From Gnetum montanum (taxonomy: Eukaryota; Plantae; Gnetophyta), in NCBI GenBank assembly GCA_015680685.1, contig MNCI01000270.1, positions 176,200 to 240,199 on the forward strand: a stretch of DNA of 64,000 nucleotides. The letters run 5' to 3'. This document shows, piece after piece, positions 47,484 to 60,300 of the stretch. Each line of letters starts with the position of its first letter. Position 1 is the first letter of the stretch. Under the pieces are notes generated by a model. It did no database searches and was not told where the DNA came from. It saw only the letters and a list, made by a program, of their open reading frames with translations. The position numbers and the translations under genes are program-made.

Positions 47484-47939
47484 ATTTTTTTGGCGCTAGA
47501 AGGAGTGCTTGAAAATTTATCCTCTACGTTTAGAAGCCTGATAGTCATAGCATACCAACAATTATTTGTTACTATAAAGGCTTAAGAAATTATATTATAT
47601 TTTTAGTTTATGACCAACAAGATTAATAGTTTGGAAGGTTTCAAAGATTCAAAGGAAGTTCTTGATTATAAGACTGATTCTTCATTAGAAAAAGAACAAA
47701 AGAAAGTTTTTGAGTTCGGAACAAGTAGTGGATTAAAGACTAGAAGGTTGAGAAGATCTCCCCTTCTATATGGTTTCTTAGTTTATATGAGAAGATCTAA
47801 GAAGTATAAGAGTTCAACAATCCAAAAGAATAAGATGGCAAATCCTTGGCAAAGAGTCACACCAGTAGGATTTCAAAAATACAATGATATTCTTAAGGTA
47901 GTTTATAAATATTTGCCTGAACCTTGTTCTAGTAAGAAA

Positions 47940-49990
47940 GAAAAATGGTAACATTAGGCTTTGTGTAGACTTTAAGAATTTGAAAGAAGCTTTGGAAAAG
48001 AATAAATATCCACTTCCTAGAGTTGATGAGATGTTGATTAAGGTCTCAAGTTATCAAGTATATTCTTTCTTAGATGGTTTTTTAGGCTATAATTAGATCA
48101 TGATAAATAAAAATGATAGATATAAGACAACATTTATCACCAAATGGGGAACTTTAACTTACCAAAGAATGCCATTTGGATTGTCAAATGCTGGAGCTAC
48201 TTTCCAGAGAATAATGGATTTAGCCTTTAAAGGTTTACTTAGTAAATTCGTTATGATTTATTTGGATGATATTACCATATTTTCAAAAAGAAAGCAAGAT
48301 CATATTGGTTATCTTCAACAAGTTTTTGACAGATGTCATGAGTATGTTATTTCATTGAATCCTAAGAAGTGTATATTTGGAGTTAAATTTGGAAATCTAC
48401 TAGGCCATGTGATCTGCCAGAAAGGAATCGCTATAGATAATTCTCGAATTCAAGTAGGATAGAATATTAAGCATCCTACAAGTAAAAAGTCTCTTAAATC
48501 TTTCTTTGTAAAGTTAAATTTTGTTAAGAGATTTATCCCTAGATTTACCAAAATCACTAAACCTTTGATACAGATGCTAAAGAAAGATGTTCAAGTAAAG
48601 AAAATACCAACATTGGAAAAAGCTTTAGTAGAAATTAAAAGGGCTATTCAAGAGGCTCCATATTTGATTAAACCTAAATTAAAGGAAGATATTGGATTAT
48701 ATGCGTTTGCTTCTAATGATTTTGTCGTTGCCATCTTAACTCAAAAAAATGAAGGACATGATGAACCAATTGGATTTTGTGGATACCAGTTGAAAGGTTC
48801 TGAACTAAATTATTCCGATTTGGAAAAACAAGCATTCATAGTCATTAAAGCACTTCAATATTTTAAATATTATTTAGAAAGTTCATTACTTCATATATGC
48901 TAATCGAACTTGCAGTTAAGCAATTCTTAGCACAAAATGAAATTGGATTGAAAAGAGGAAAGTGGCTTATAAAGCTTCAAGGTTTCATATTTTCATTGGA
49001 AATATGCAAAACGGTTAAGGGAATGGGATTAGCCAAATTAATGGCTAGAGAAAATGAAGTAGGTGCACTTGATACTCATGAGGGAAATTGGTATGACGAA
49101 ATTTTAAAGTTTTTTAATACAATGGAAGTCCCAAATAATTTAACTGCAAGTCAAAAAAGAGCTTTCTTGAAGAAAACATGTAAATTTGTGGTTAGATATG
49201 GTATATTATATAGAAAGGATTTTAGAGGGGTTTTGTTGAAATGCGTTCATAATGATCAAATTGGTTCCATCTTAGAATAGTTCCATGATCATTCTAATTT
49301 ATTTTATGAATCCCCTAAATCAACTATGCAACATATACTTCAATATGGATATTACTAGCCTAGTATATATCAAGATATTACTTTGAAAATCCAAATATGT
49401 TTTAAATGTCAAATCCATGGACCAAAAATTAAAAGGGCTAGAGCTCCCTTAAAACCAGTAATTGTGGATAANCGTGGGCATACAAAAATCCCTTTTCATG
49501 ATGGAAATTTAAAAAATTGGATTGATTATTTACAGTTGGCATTATGGACAAATCATATTAGGTTTAAGAAGGCTATTGGAACATCGCCTTATAATTTAGT
49601 CTATGGTTTGCTAGCAAGAATTACAAACAAGATTATAAGTTTAGCTTTAGATTTTGTACAAAGGTATAGTAAGAAAATTGATAAAGATAGAAGTTTCATG
49701 ATCTTGTTTATCAAGAGAGAAGCTGAGATAGATAGAGCAAAGGATAATTTGTTAAAAAGTACATCTCAAGTCAAAAGATGGTTTGATAAAAAGGCTTTGA
49801 AAAGAACTTTTTGTATAGGAGATCTTGTATTGCTATGGACAATGAAGAAACCGAACATGTTCACACCAACATGGATTGGCTCATTTCAGATTACAAAATA
49901 ATTATTTAAGGATACTTACAAATTATCAACATTAGATGGTATGGAATTGTAGTTTCCATATAATGTTTTACATATAAAACATTATTTTGG
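47940..49990 (+). pseudogene. Gypsy pol remnant (RT, RNase H, integrase)
   Basis: RLCVDFKNL, RMPFGLSNAGATFQR, IYLDDI, ELNYSDLEK, C-x2-CQ and GTSPYNLVYG. There is an N at 49472 and the integrase core is largely missing. Confidence 0.9.
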
Positions 49991-51234
49991 ATAGCTGCCC
50001 ATGACTTAAATATTTTTATACAAATTAATATATGTACATAGTACAATAATATATTCAAGTATAAGGTGGTTGAATATATATAATAATAAATAATAAAATT
50101 TTCTATATAAAAATTATTATGTATGCACTTGGTAGTAACATGTACTAGATTGATGTCATGTTTAATTATGACATATATGTTATATTCATATGGTTAAGTA
50201 AGTCTATTTAGTATTTTAAAATAAAATAAAAGTTAACATATGTTCACGTTAAGTATGAGTTTAAAGATATTTAATTAAAAATATTAGTTGAATTATTAAA
50301 TTTATATTATTCAAAGTAATTATTACTTAAGATGAGTAAAGTGGAAGTGGTGGTTAATTAATTATTTAGTGGGAAATAGTTCCAACAACTAAATGATAAA
50401 ATTCAAATTGGTATACGTATGATGATTAGAAAGGAATTAATATGGACAAAGGTGGCAAAGTTGGTTAACAAGATTTGGTGGGAATTTCAAAATTATTTAC
50501 TACTATAAGAAGAGACATGGTTTGCTTAAGATTACATCTTCAAAGTACAAGTGAAGAAAACTAATAAGAGTGTAGGTTTGAGAAAAGATGGTTCTTGGTG
50601 ACAAAGCAATGGGAAGACCATTTATTCCATATGTAATGGAGTGCTGCCCGGAACATGTCCTAAGAGCTTATTGCAAAGTAGAAGCCTATGGAGCATCAAG
50701 AGAAAGTCCATTCCTACTTTGGTTTTCTAATGAGTTTATGTTTCTTACTAGTGGACTTTCTTTAGAAGCCAATGTCTGGGGTAGATTTCATGAATGTGAC
50801 AGTTAAGTAGAAAATCAAGAAAATTCTAACCAAGATTATTCTTGGGGAGTGGCATTTGTATCTCAAGATACAAAAGTATTTGATTGGGATAAGCCATAAG
50901 AATCAGCAAAAGAGGTAGATGCAAAGGAAACAAGAATAGTTGAAGAAAGCAAGGATGAAGATTTTGCATTAGTTTCAACTAAAATAGTGTATGAAAGGGT
51001 TTAAGGTAAGAAGATTCTCAAGAAAGTTATTTTTACTATCCACTTCTCTTCCATTGACTAGTTGGTATAAAGTCCTGATGTAGAGTTCTTAAATTTTTTA
51101 TTAGGGCTAATGTTTTTTATTTCATTAAACCTTAAGTTTAATGAAAGTTTTGCTCAAAAAAGATTTCTTGTTTTTCATGTGAATGTTTAATAAAATTGTT
51201 GTCTGTCAGGTGATATTTTTAGGAGGGTATGAAA

Positions 51235-54182
51235 TGTTGTCACATTAAACCATTCCATGGAATAGCAATTGAAGATAATGTAACTTAAAATAAATGAGAT
51301 TAATGAGATTGATGCATCTGAGAAGTTAGATGAAAGGTTCTTAATTGGTTTATGGGTACTGGATGTTGCTGTAAAAATTAGCCAATCTTCTGTTAGCAAC
51401 ATTATTAAGAATGGTATAGGGTTCAAGATCAAAAGAAAGAATAAAACTGCAACAACACAAATTGAGAACAAGCATGGGTGTAGTTTTAAGAAGGCTTATG
51501 CAGGTACTGAATTAAAAAGAGAAAGGAAGGGTAGGGAACTTCTTCAAGTAAGCAGTTTTAAGATTGTAGATGGTTCTTAGAGTAATAAATTTGAAAAATT
51601 TAATCCACAGTTTATGAAGAAGAGATTGAAGAAGGATAAAGGTGTTTCTTCAAAGGAAGTTCACTTTCTAAGTTAAACTCTTCTAGATCTAAAACTATTG
51701 AAATAATAAAAATATGCCTTTGCCAACTGATAAAACTTTTTTCAATTTTGACTATTATCAAATAGTTAGATTGAAAGAAAAAAAATATAATACGGCTACA
51801 AATATCATAAGCTCCCATAAGAATAGTGGTAGATAAAATGGATAAATTTCATGAACATATCTCTCATTGTCGAAATGATGATTATTTGTTGTCAAAAAGG
51901 ATTGATAATAAATATAAAGGTTGTGAATGTGCATCTAAATCAGAAGATAGGAAGATTGTAGGAAGCAATAAAACAAAAATATCAAAATATAGCCTACTTA
52001 ATTTTAGTATTCTAAAAATTGTGTTATAGAAGCTAATTGTTTCTGCTACGGATTTTGCAAAATTTGTAACCCACATGTTCACGCATTAAGCCAAACATAT
52101 TGTCCTAATCTTATTTTGGACCCTTTGAAGTCCAAAGGCCACTGTTGTTGCTACTTGGTGGCATCTAGATCCTCCAATGATGCTGTCATTTGAGGGTATC
52201 ATCATTGATGAAGAGATCGTTGAGTTTGGTGGCATTCTTGATGTCATTGGTAGGCATTCTGTCATGTCGTAGAGGCTCTTCTTACCATGTCTGCATCTAC
52301 ATTGGTGTCGTCATCATAACCATTGAATGTGTGCACTAGAAAACAATGAAGAAATTGAGCTATAGCAGAATTATGGGGTAGATTGCAAAAGGCTTAAAAA
52401 CACAGCAACACTTGACACCAGTGGAGCCGAGACGCCCACGACTCATTATGGTTATGGTTGCTCTGATGCCTTCACTACTACACCAGCATCGCCATTGTCA
52501 CCCACCTTTTTCTCCACCCATGACATCTAGAACAAAGATAGAGGGTTCCTAGAACACCAACACTGTAGCAACATGCCTTGTGGCATCATCAGCACCTTCC
52601 AACTTGAGGTTTATTGTGGGTAGTTTGAGGAACACATGCCTGATAAAGTGGACACCTATCTACACACTACCTAGTTCGATGTCATGGATAATTGGATTTA
52701 AATCAAATTTGTATAAACCTTTCGATAAAAAGATAACTGTGAATAATGACCAATAGAGACAAAGGGAAAAAAAAAGCAAAATATAAAAGAAATGCCAATA
52801 ATAAATACATGGTTTAAGAAGAAGGTAGTTTATGACATAGTTGTCTAACATCCTATGTGAACTGAACACTTGGTAACAATAACTTGTATTCCTATAGTAA
52901 AGGTAACTTCCTATAGAAGTTATAACTTCTTAAGGAAGTTATACATTAACTCCCTAGATATTTGTAATCTACCTTAACTTTTTATGATGATTGTAACTGC
53001 CCTAAAGTCACTATAAAAGGGGCCTATAGGGTAGATTTTAAAAGGGAGGGAGGCTTTTGGAGAAGAAGAAATTTGAAGACTACTTGTAAGATGGTTTGCT
53101 AAAGACATCGTTTTGGCCACTTTGTTTGTCCTGTGAGTTCATCCTTTCCTATTTTGTTTTGCTGCTTAGCTAGTGGTTTAGGTAGTATCATACTTGGCAT
53201 TTAAATTTAGGATTTTTAGATTTCTTTTATAGTTCTTTGTTGCATAATAGTATACTCCTATTAAGATTTGCCATACAATAGCTCATGTTGGAAAGCCTTA
53301 AGAGCAATTTAATAGAAAATTTTATTATTATACAATTTTTAAGGCTGCAATTTTAAGGCTATTACTAGGATTATTGTAAGATAGCCTCTACTATAGACAA
53401 GCTAGTTGAGCAATTTAATAGTCTAGAGGGTTTAAAAAATCTTTAGTATTTTGATAGGATTGAAATAGCTTTTTGATTTTTAAAGTATATTTCTTGATAT
53501 TTCAATTAGAAATTGTCAAATCTTTGAAAGCTCTGTTGTATGCAATCGTTAACAACTATTATCTAGCCAAAATAAAGACTCATATGTGGTGGTTTACATA
53601 GCAATTTTTGGTAGTATAGTAGGATTGTTTTTTTAAGAAATTGCTTGTTTGAGCTTATAAAGTTTGAACAATTCATAGATATTGAATTAGGGATAACTTT
53701 ATTGTGAAGTGTTTCCTCGTATCAATTTATCTTGCTTAAATGTTTGAGACTTCTACATAAATTTTCTTTCTTTTCTTTCTCTTTCCATTGAATCTTGCTC
53801 TATTTATAGTTTTCTCGTGGAATTTTCTCTCTCTGGGGGAAATTAGGAGTAGACCAGCAAAGTTGTGCTCAAATGGGTTTTGCAAAATTTTATTTGTTAC
53901 AAGTAGGTATTATAAGAACCGTATAGACCAAGTTGTTGAACAAATTAGGAATCTCTAACAACTCATAGTATTTTACAAAGTTGGTTGAATCTCTTTTATG
54001 ATAGCCGATTACAATTTTATATGCAACCCCACTATTTCAACATTCACAACAGCAAACACACTTACATTTAACTACTAAGTCTATTTGGAGGTATCTAGGC
54101 CTTGGTTTTGCTAGAGACAAGCAAACACCTAAATCCTGTTCGAGGCACTTGTTGGTGGTCGTGTCCCAAACGGTCACCAACA
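51235..54182 (+). repeat. 3' LTR (~2.95 kb)
   Basis: Starts TGTTG after the PPT and ends CAACA. It is a direct repeat of the 5' LTR. Confidence 0.85.
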
Positions 54183-54344
54183 TAAATAAAATATGTAAAG
54201 GAGCACATGGTGTGTTGCATAAGATGGGTGTACGAAGGTTTCTGATGACAAGAATGTCTAAGGATAAGGTACTTAACGAACCTAACCAAGAGATATGCAA
54301 GTGGGTCCTCCCCATAGTAGGCACATTCCTTATTTTCCCTTACA

Positions 54345-57300
54345 TAACCTCAACCTAAAAATTCTATGGGCCCCATAGATGATTAATGGTTGATGGAAGT
54401 TAAGGAGCAAAACCTGGAAGATTCTACCTAAGAATTCAAATATGTTGGACCAAGACATGGGATCAAGAGCATGGACTTCATTAGTGAGGTGAATTACGCT
54501 TAGCATAGATGGATGATGGAGAAGGTGGAATGAAATTTCAAATTGAAGCCATAAGAAGTTCCTTTGTGAGTTTTGTATTTAAAATGACTTGAGAAGATCC
54601 ATCCATAGTCCAAACCAAAACCATTCTCTTTTAGTGACTTCACATTGCCACTCCAAGACTAATCCACCTTCTTGAGACACAAGAATGCACCCATAGAACA
54701 ACCACTATTCCATAAAGGGAAGAAAAGAGTAGAAAGTGGGAGAAGGCCTTAGTTAGAGGGGACCTTCAAGCATGGGTAACATGTCTTTCTAGTCTCATAA
54801 CTAGTGCTTGTAGCCTGTTTATTTGTCTAAGGGGTGTGCTTTGAATTTTCATACTATTTTTTTTTTGTTTTTGTTTTTTTTCTTTCTTTTTCAATGAGAA
54901 CCACACCATGCAAAGACTTTATTTAACTTCATGTTATTGGATGACATGGAATGGTAAGAAGTCCATGAAAATACTCAAGCACCTAGGTAATTAGAAGAGT
55001 ACAAAGCGTATTGAGTCCCCTTGAAGTCACACCCTATGCAAACCTTGAATCCTTTCCAATTCCAGTAACTACCAAGGTCATGAATTTATTAAAAGTTGAT
55101 TTAATGAAAGGGATCTCAAACTTCTAAAACAAGGAAAACCGTACAGCTTGTGAATGGGTGGATGTTGTGGATTCATTGCCTGTTCCATGAAAAAGAAACC
55201 ATGACTGAGCCATTGAAACATTAAGCATAAATCACCATTAGTAGTAGCTACAACACCACTATGTATTATTAGCACAAAGCACGTTTATTAGTAAAAATTT
55301 GAAAATCACACTCAAACAAAACAAAGTAAAATATATAAAATAGTATAAAAGATTCAAGAAAGATTTAAATGTACTAATGATGATGTAAAAAAATGATATA
55401 AAATAGGAAATATTTTGAAAATCAAAAAGATGTAAAGTAAATAAATTGTAAAATCAAAAGCATGGAACACAAAAAATAGAAAAACTAAGAAGCCATATGG
55501 ATGATTAGCATGGATGTCCATCTCTCCCATGATTGAGTTGGAAGGAGGAAATTTGAAAAATTGAGCATGGTTGTCCATCCGTTGAGGTATTTGTTGCACT
55601 GGCTTGCTTGGGCTCATGGAAAAGCTTCACTTGTTGGATGTTGACCAACTGCTTTTTATTTGGGCTCTCAGGTTTCTAGATTAACATGGTCCCAGAGGGA
55701 AAGGGTTTGCCAATTATATAAGATCCCTTCCACAACATTTGGAACTTTATTTTTTGGGGTACATGTGTGGGGTTCTAGTAGAGAACCTTATCTCTTGGTT
55801 GAAATTTTACTTTTTGAATTCTTAGGTTATGTCATTGCTTGTTGAATGCCTTGTGCACTTCATTCAAAGATAGGACCACTAATTGGATTTCATCTAGCAC
55901 ATTCAGGTTGATAAATCTTTCTTTCTATGCTAGGCTTAGGTCAAGATTCTCTTCACATGCTGTTGAGAGTGTATGGAGCTCAGATTGAATTGGGAGTGTT
56001 GGAATTTTTCCATACACTAGCTCATAGGGAGAGTAGCCAATAGGAAGTTTTCATGTTGAGCGGTAGGCCCAAAAGGCATTGTTGAGTTTTGTGCTTTAGT
56101 CTCTTCTAGATTTGCTTATGGTCCTTATTAGGATCTTTGTGATCTCCTTGTTAGCTACCTTTGCTTGATCGTTGGCTTGGGGGTGATAGGGTGTTGTTAA
56201 TTTATGTTCGACCCCCAAGTGTTACATAAGTTTTCAAAATATGGCACCTGTACAATGAGTTCCATTGTCAAAAATTAGTGCACATGGTGCCCCAAACCTA
56301 TTTACAACATTTTGTTGTACAAATATAGTAATACTGGATGATGTATAGTTGGTGACAGCTGCTGCTCCTGTCCATTTGATGTAGTAGTCAATTGCTATGA
56401 TGATATATGCCTTTCCATTGGACATGGATGCAATGGGATCCATGAAGTCAATGCCTCATATGTCAAAGGGTTCTAGTGGTTGAATCCAATATTGAGGATC
56501 CTTTATTCATACGATCATCCCACCATCTTGTTGATAGCATTCACAAGGTTAGACAAACTAGTGGGCATCCCTAAATATTGTAGGCCAATAGTATTCTACC
56601 ATCAAGATTGTTATGGTCGTGTATCTCCTAGCATAGTGGCCTTTGCAAGGGCCTTCATGAGTATCTTGGAGAATGTGTAGTTGATCTACATTAGGGACAC
56701 ACCAATGAACCTGGCCATCGGCACACACCTTGTCAAGATGTCCATTGATTTCCATGTAGTACTTCACTTGATGAAGAAACTATTATTTCTTCCTAAAGTC
56801 CAAACCCTGTGGCATCTCCTGAGTAAGAAGGTAAGTGAGGGTGTCATCGTACCATTTTGTTTCTACAAACATGTGTTCATTTATTGCTCCTGTAAAGAGG
56901 AGTTCATTTATAAATTGATCAGAGAGTAGGCTCTCATCCTCTTTATTATCCCATCTTAACCAAGAGAGATGGTTAGCAACCACATTCTCAATCCTTTTTT
57001 GATCTTCCATTATGAGATTGAATTCCTGCAAGATCACAAGCCATCGTATGATATAAAGGCTCACCATTAGCTTGTTCATTAGGAAGCGAATGACACTATG
57101 ATCTGTGTGTACAAATACTTTATAGCCAAGCACATAGTGCCTAAACTTTTTGAGAGCATACACCACTGGCATTAGTTCCTTCTTAGTTGTGGTGTAATTC
57201 AACTGTGCACCCACAATGCTTTGGGTCATGTAGTGTATGTAATATGGATGTTTCTTATCGTCCAACTGTGTTAGCATGGCTCCTATGGCATAATTAGATG

Positions 57301-60300
57301 TCTCCATCATTATGTAAAATGGTCTAGACCAATATAGTGCCCGTAGAATTGGAGTTTCCATAAGTTTGTCTTTTAGTTGTTGGAATGCATGGTCACACTC
57401 CTTGGTCCAGATGAATGAAGCATCTTTCTTTGTAAGCTCGACCAAAAACTTTTCAATCTTAGAGAAATTCTCTATGAACCATCGATAGCAGCCAATGTGT
57501 CCAAGGAATGATCAGATGTCTTTAACTATCTCTACTTGGGTGTGTGATTCCTTAGATGACCCTTATCTCTATAGGGTGTACCTCAATCCTAGCTTGAGTA
57601 ATTTTGTGCCCCAATACTATGCCTTCCTGGACCATTAATTGGATTTTTGGCCAATTGAGCCTAAGGTTTTTTTCAACACATATTTTTAGTACTTTCTGAA
57701 GGTGAACCAGGGCTTACTCAAATGTAGCACCATAGGTAGAGAAGTCATCCATAATGACCTCTACCCTACTACTAATTTGTTGTTGAAAAATACAAAGGAC
57801 TAGGTGTTGGAATTTTACAAGGGCATTACATAGACCAAACGAAATCTTAAAATATGCAAAAGTCCCCTAGGAACTTGTGATGTTGTCTTGGCCTAATCTT
57901 TTGTCATAATTTGGATTTGGTTATAGCCACTATCACCATCCAAGAAGCTATAATAGCAATGCCCAGAAATGGTGTCCAACACTTGGTCCACAAATGGCAA
58001 TGGAAAATGATCTTTAAATGTTGCCATATTCAATAGCCTAAGGTTGATTTAGACTTGCCACTTGCCACATTTCTTTGACACAATTACAAGTGGGCTAACC
58101 CACTCACTATCCTCAATGGGATAAATGAACCCCACCTTGAGAAGTTGTTCTATTTTCTCTTTGAAGATTTACTTTAACTTGGGGTTTAGTTGCCTTTGTG
58201 GCTACCTTCTTGGCCTCATGGCTAGGTCAGTGTAAATGCGATGTTGGCATATCCTTGTATATATTTCAATTAGCTTAGGATATGACCAAGAAAGGCTGTG
58301 AGCCATTTTTTGACCACCTGCAACAGCTTGTCTTTTTGTTTAGGAGCAAGATTTACATTGATTATAATTAGTTTGCCATTATTTAAAAATACATACTTCA
58401 TGTTGACTGGTAGAGTTTTTAACTCTAGGGACTCTTGCTTGAAATTGTCAGGGATTCCCAACTCTTCCCAATAGGTGTCATCCTCTTTATCATAAGAGAG
58501 TTGGTGATGAACTTGCTCAAGTTCATCCATACCTTCAATATAAGCACATGTTAAGCTCTTAGAAGGTTCCATGCATAGTGTGTTGCTATTTGAGTTAGCT
58601 ATTAGCCACTGGGTGCCCTCCTATTTTATAGCTGCTGTGTATAGGCACCTTTGGATATCAGTTTCATGCACACACTGATTACATGCTTTGAGGAATGTAC
58701 TTTTAATGGACTAGATTTTCTACACACAATTGCACTTGTTATCATTGTATGTGATGCATGGAACATGTTTCTTCTCTAGTTGTCCAAATTCAGTTTCCTT
58801 AGAGATTTCTAAGAAGAGGTTCCTAATGCCCATTTGTGCATTAATAGTGCTTAACCAAGCCCTTCCCATAATGATGGGAAAGTCACCTTTGTAGTTCTCA
58901 ACCTTAATCATCAGAAAATCGGTAGGATAAGACCATCCAAAAATTGTGGTTACAATGTCTTCCGCTAATCCCAAAGGCACAATGATTGATTAGTCTACCA
59001 ATTTCAAATAGATATTTCTCTTTTTTAGAGGTGGTAGGTTCCAGACCTTGTACATGTTATAAGAGATGAGATTGACATCAAAACCAAAATCAAGGAGAGC
59101 CTTGCATGGTTCATGTTTAGTGATCTGCAAGTAAATAAGAGGACTTCCCAATCAAATCTTTTAGTAGAAAGGTTGCCAGCCTTAATCCAATTAAAAATAG
59201 CATGATTTAACATCACAGTGTGGATTTGAGGTGGTGTTTGATTTGAAGAGTGCTCGAAGGTGTTTGATGCAGAGGATGAGGGTGTTGGAGATACAAGATG
59301 ACTAGCCACATTAGGCTGTGAGGGTTTTGGAGGAATGTTGGATCAGAAAAATGGTCATTTCATGGATTGATTATCTGAACCATTTGGCTAGAAGGCTGGT
59401 TGTAAATTTACAACCCTTGTAGCATTTTTTTTTCTACAAATAATTTACAACTCTCGTAACATTTTGTTACTATGGTTGTGAGGGAATTTTGCCCTGCATG
59501 GACAAAGAAGGAGGTAACTGCGTTAAGGGTGGAGGGATGTGTGCAAATGGATGTAGAGGATGGCAAGGATATGGGTGCTCCTCTTAAGTAGATGGTGAAT
59601 GAGTTTGATGGTACTCTAGAGGGTAATAATGATGTTGGAATGAGGCATGACTTGCAAAGCTTCGTGGAGAAATGGGTTGTTGAACATAGTACTTGTATGG
59701 ATCTAGTTGCCTATAAGGGTACTGCTGTCTTGATAGTGGCATTCCCCATAATTGTGGTTGGTGCCACTACTGGTATTACTTGTACATTTGTGGTGGAGCT
59801 CCACTTGGATAAAAAGCTTGTTGTTGCTGGTGGAACTACCTTGGATTGCCTTGAGGACAAGACAATCATCTAGATGCTTGCCTACGTGCTAGTTGCAGAT
59901 TCAACACATACACCCCAGACTCTTGTAAGTGTGACACTAGAGGGAAACATCCCTTTAGATGTTCATATTAATAGATGTCACATCCAACATCATCATTAGA
60001 GTTTGTCTTTACAAATTCTTCTACTACAACAACTTTTCCCTTACCTCTCTAGTAGGCATGTTCAGCTTCTTTCCACCTCCTATGGTCATGATTACTATTC
60101 TACTCTTTGGATGCTTCATCAATATTGATAGTAGTTTAGAATTTCTCATCTAAAGAGTTCCATAATTTATCAACCTTTGTTGAAATATTAGAAACAGATT
60201 TTTGGATAGGCAAGGTTTTCTTGTTCATCACTTTGTCTTGTGGTGACTCTTCCTCCTTACAGAATCAAACCTCCCTTTTTCTGATGGAAGGATACCTATT

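Larger units (their letters stand above)
45594..54182 (+). mobile_element. Ty3/Gypsy LTR retrotransposon (non-chromovirus-like), degenerate, with gag-PR largely deleted
   Basis: 5' LTR 45594-47483 and 3' LTR 51235-54182 (TGTTG...CAACA). PBS-like TGGCGCTAGAAGGA at 47491 and PPT AGGAGGG at 51221. Domain order is RT-RH-IN. Candidate decayed TSD tgaac/taaat. Confidence 0.88.

Noticed and set aside
54194-54344. 151-bp TGTAA...TTACA segment as a mini solo LTR or TRIM
   Set aside because: It has no TSD and no second copy. It may be the truncated 3' LTR of the Athila-like element, but this cannot be verified within the window.
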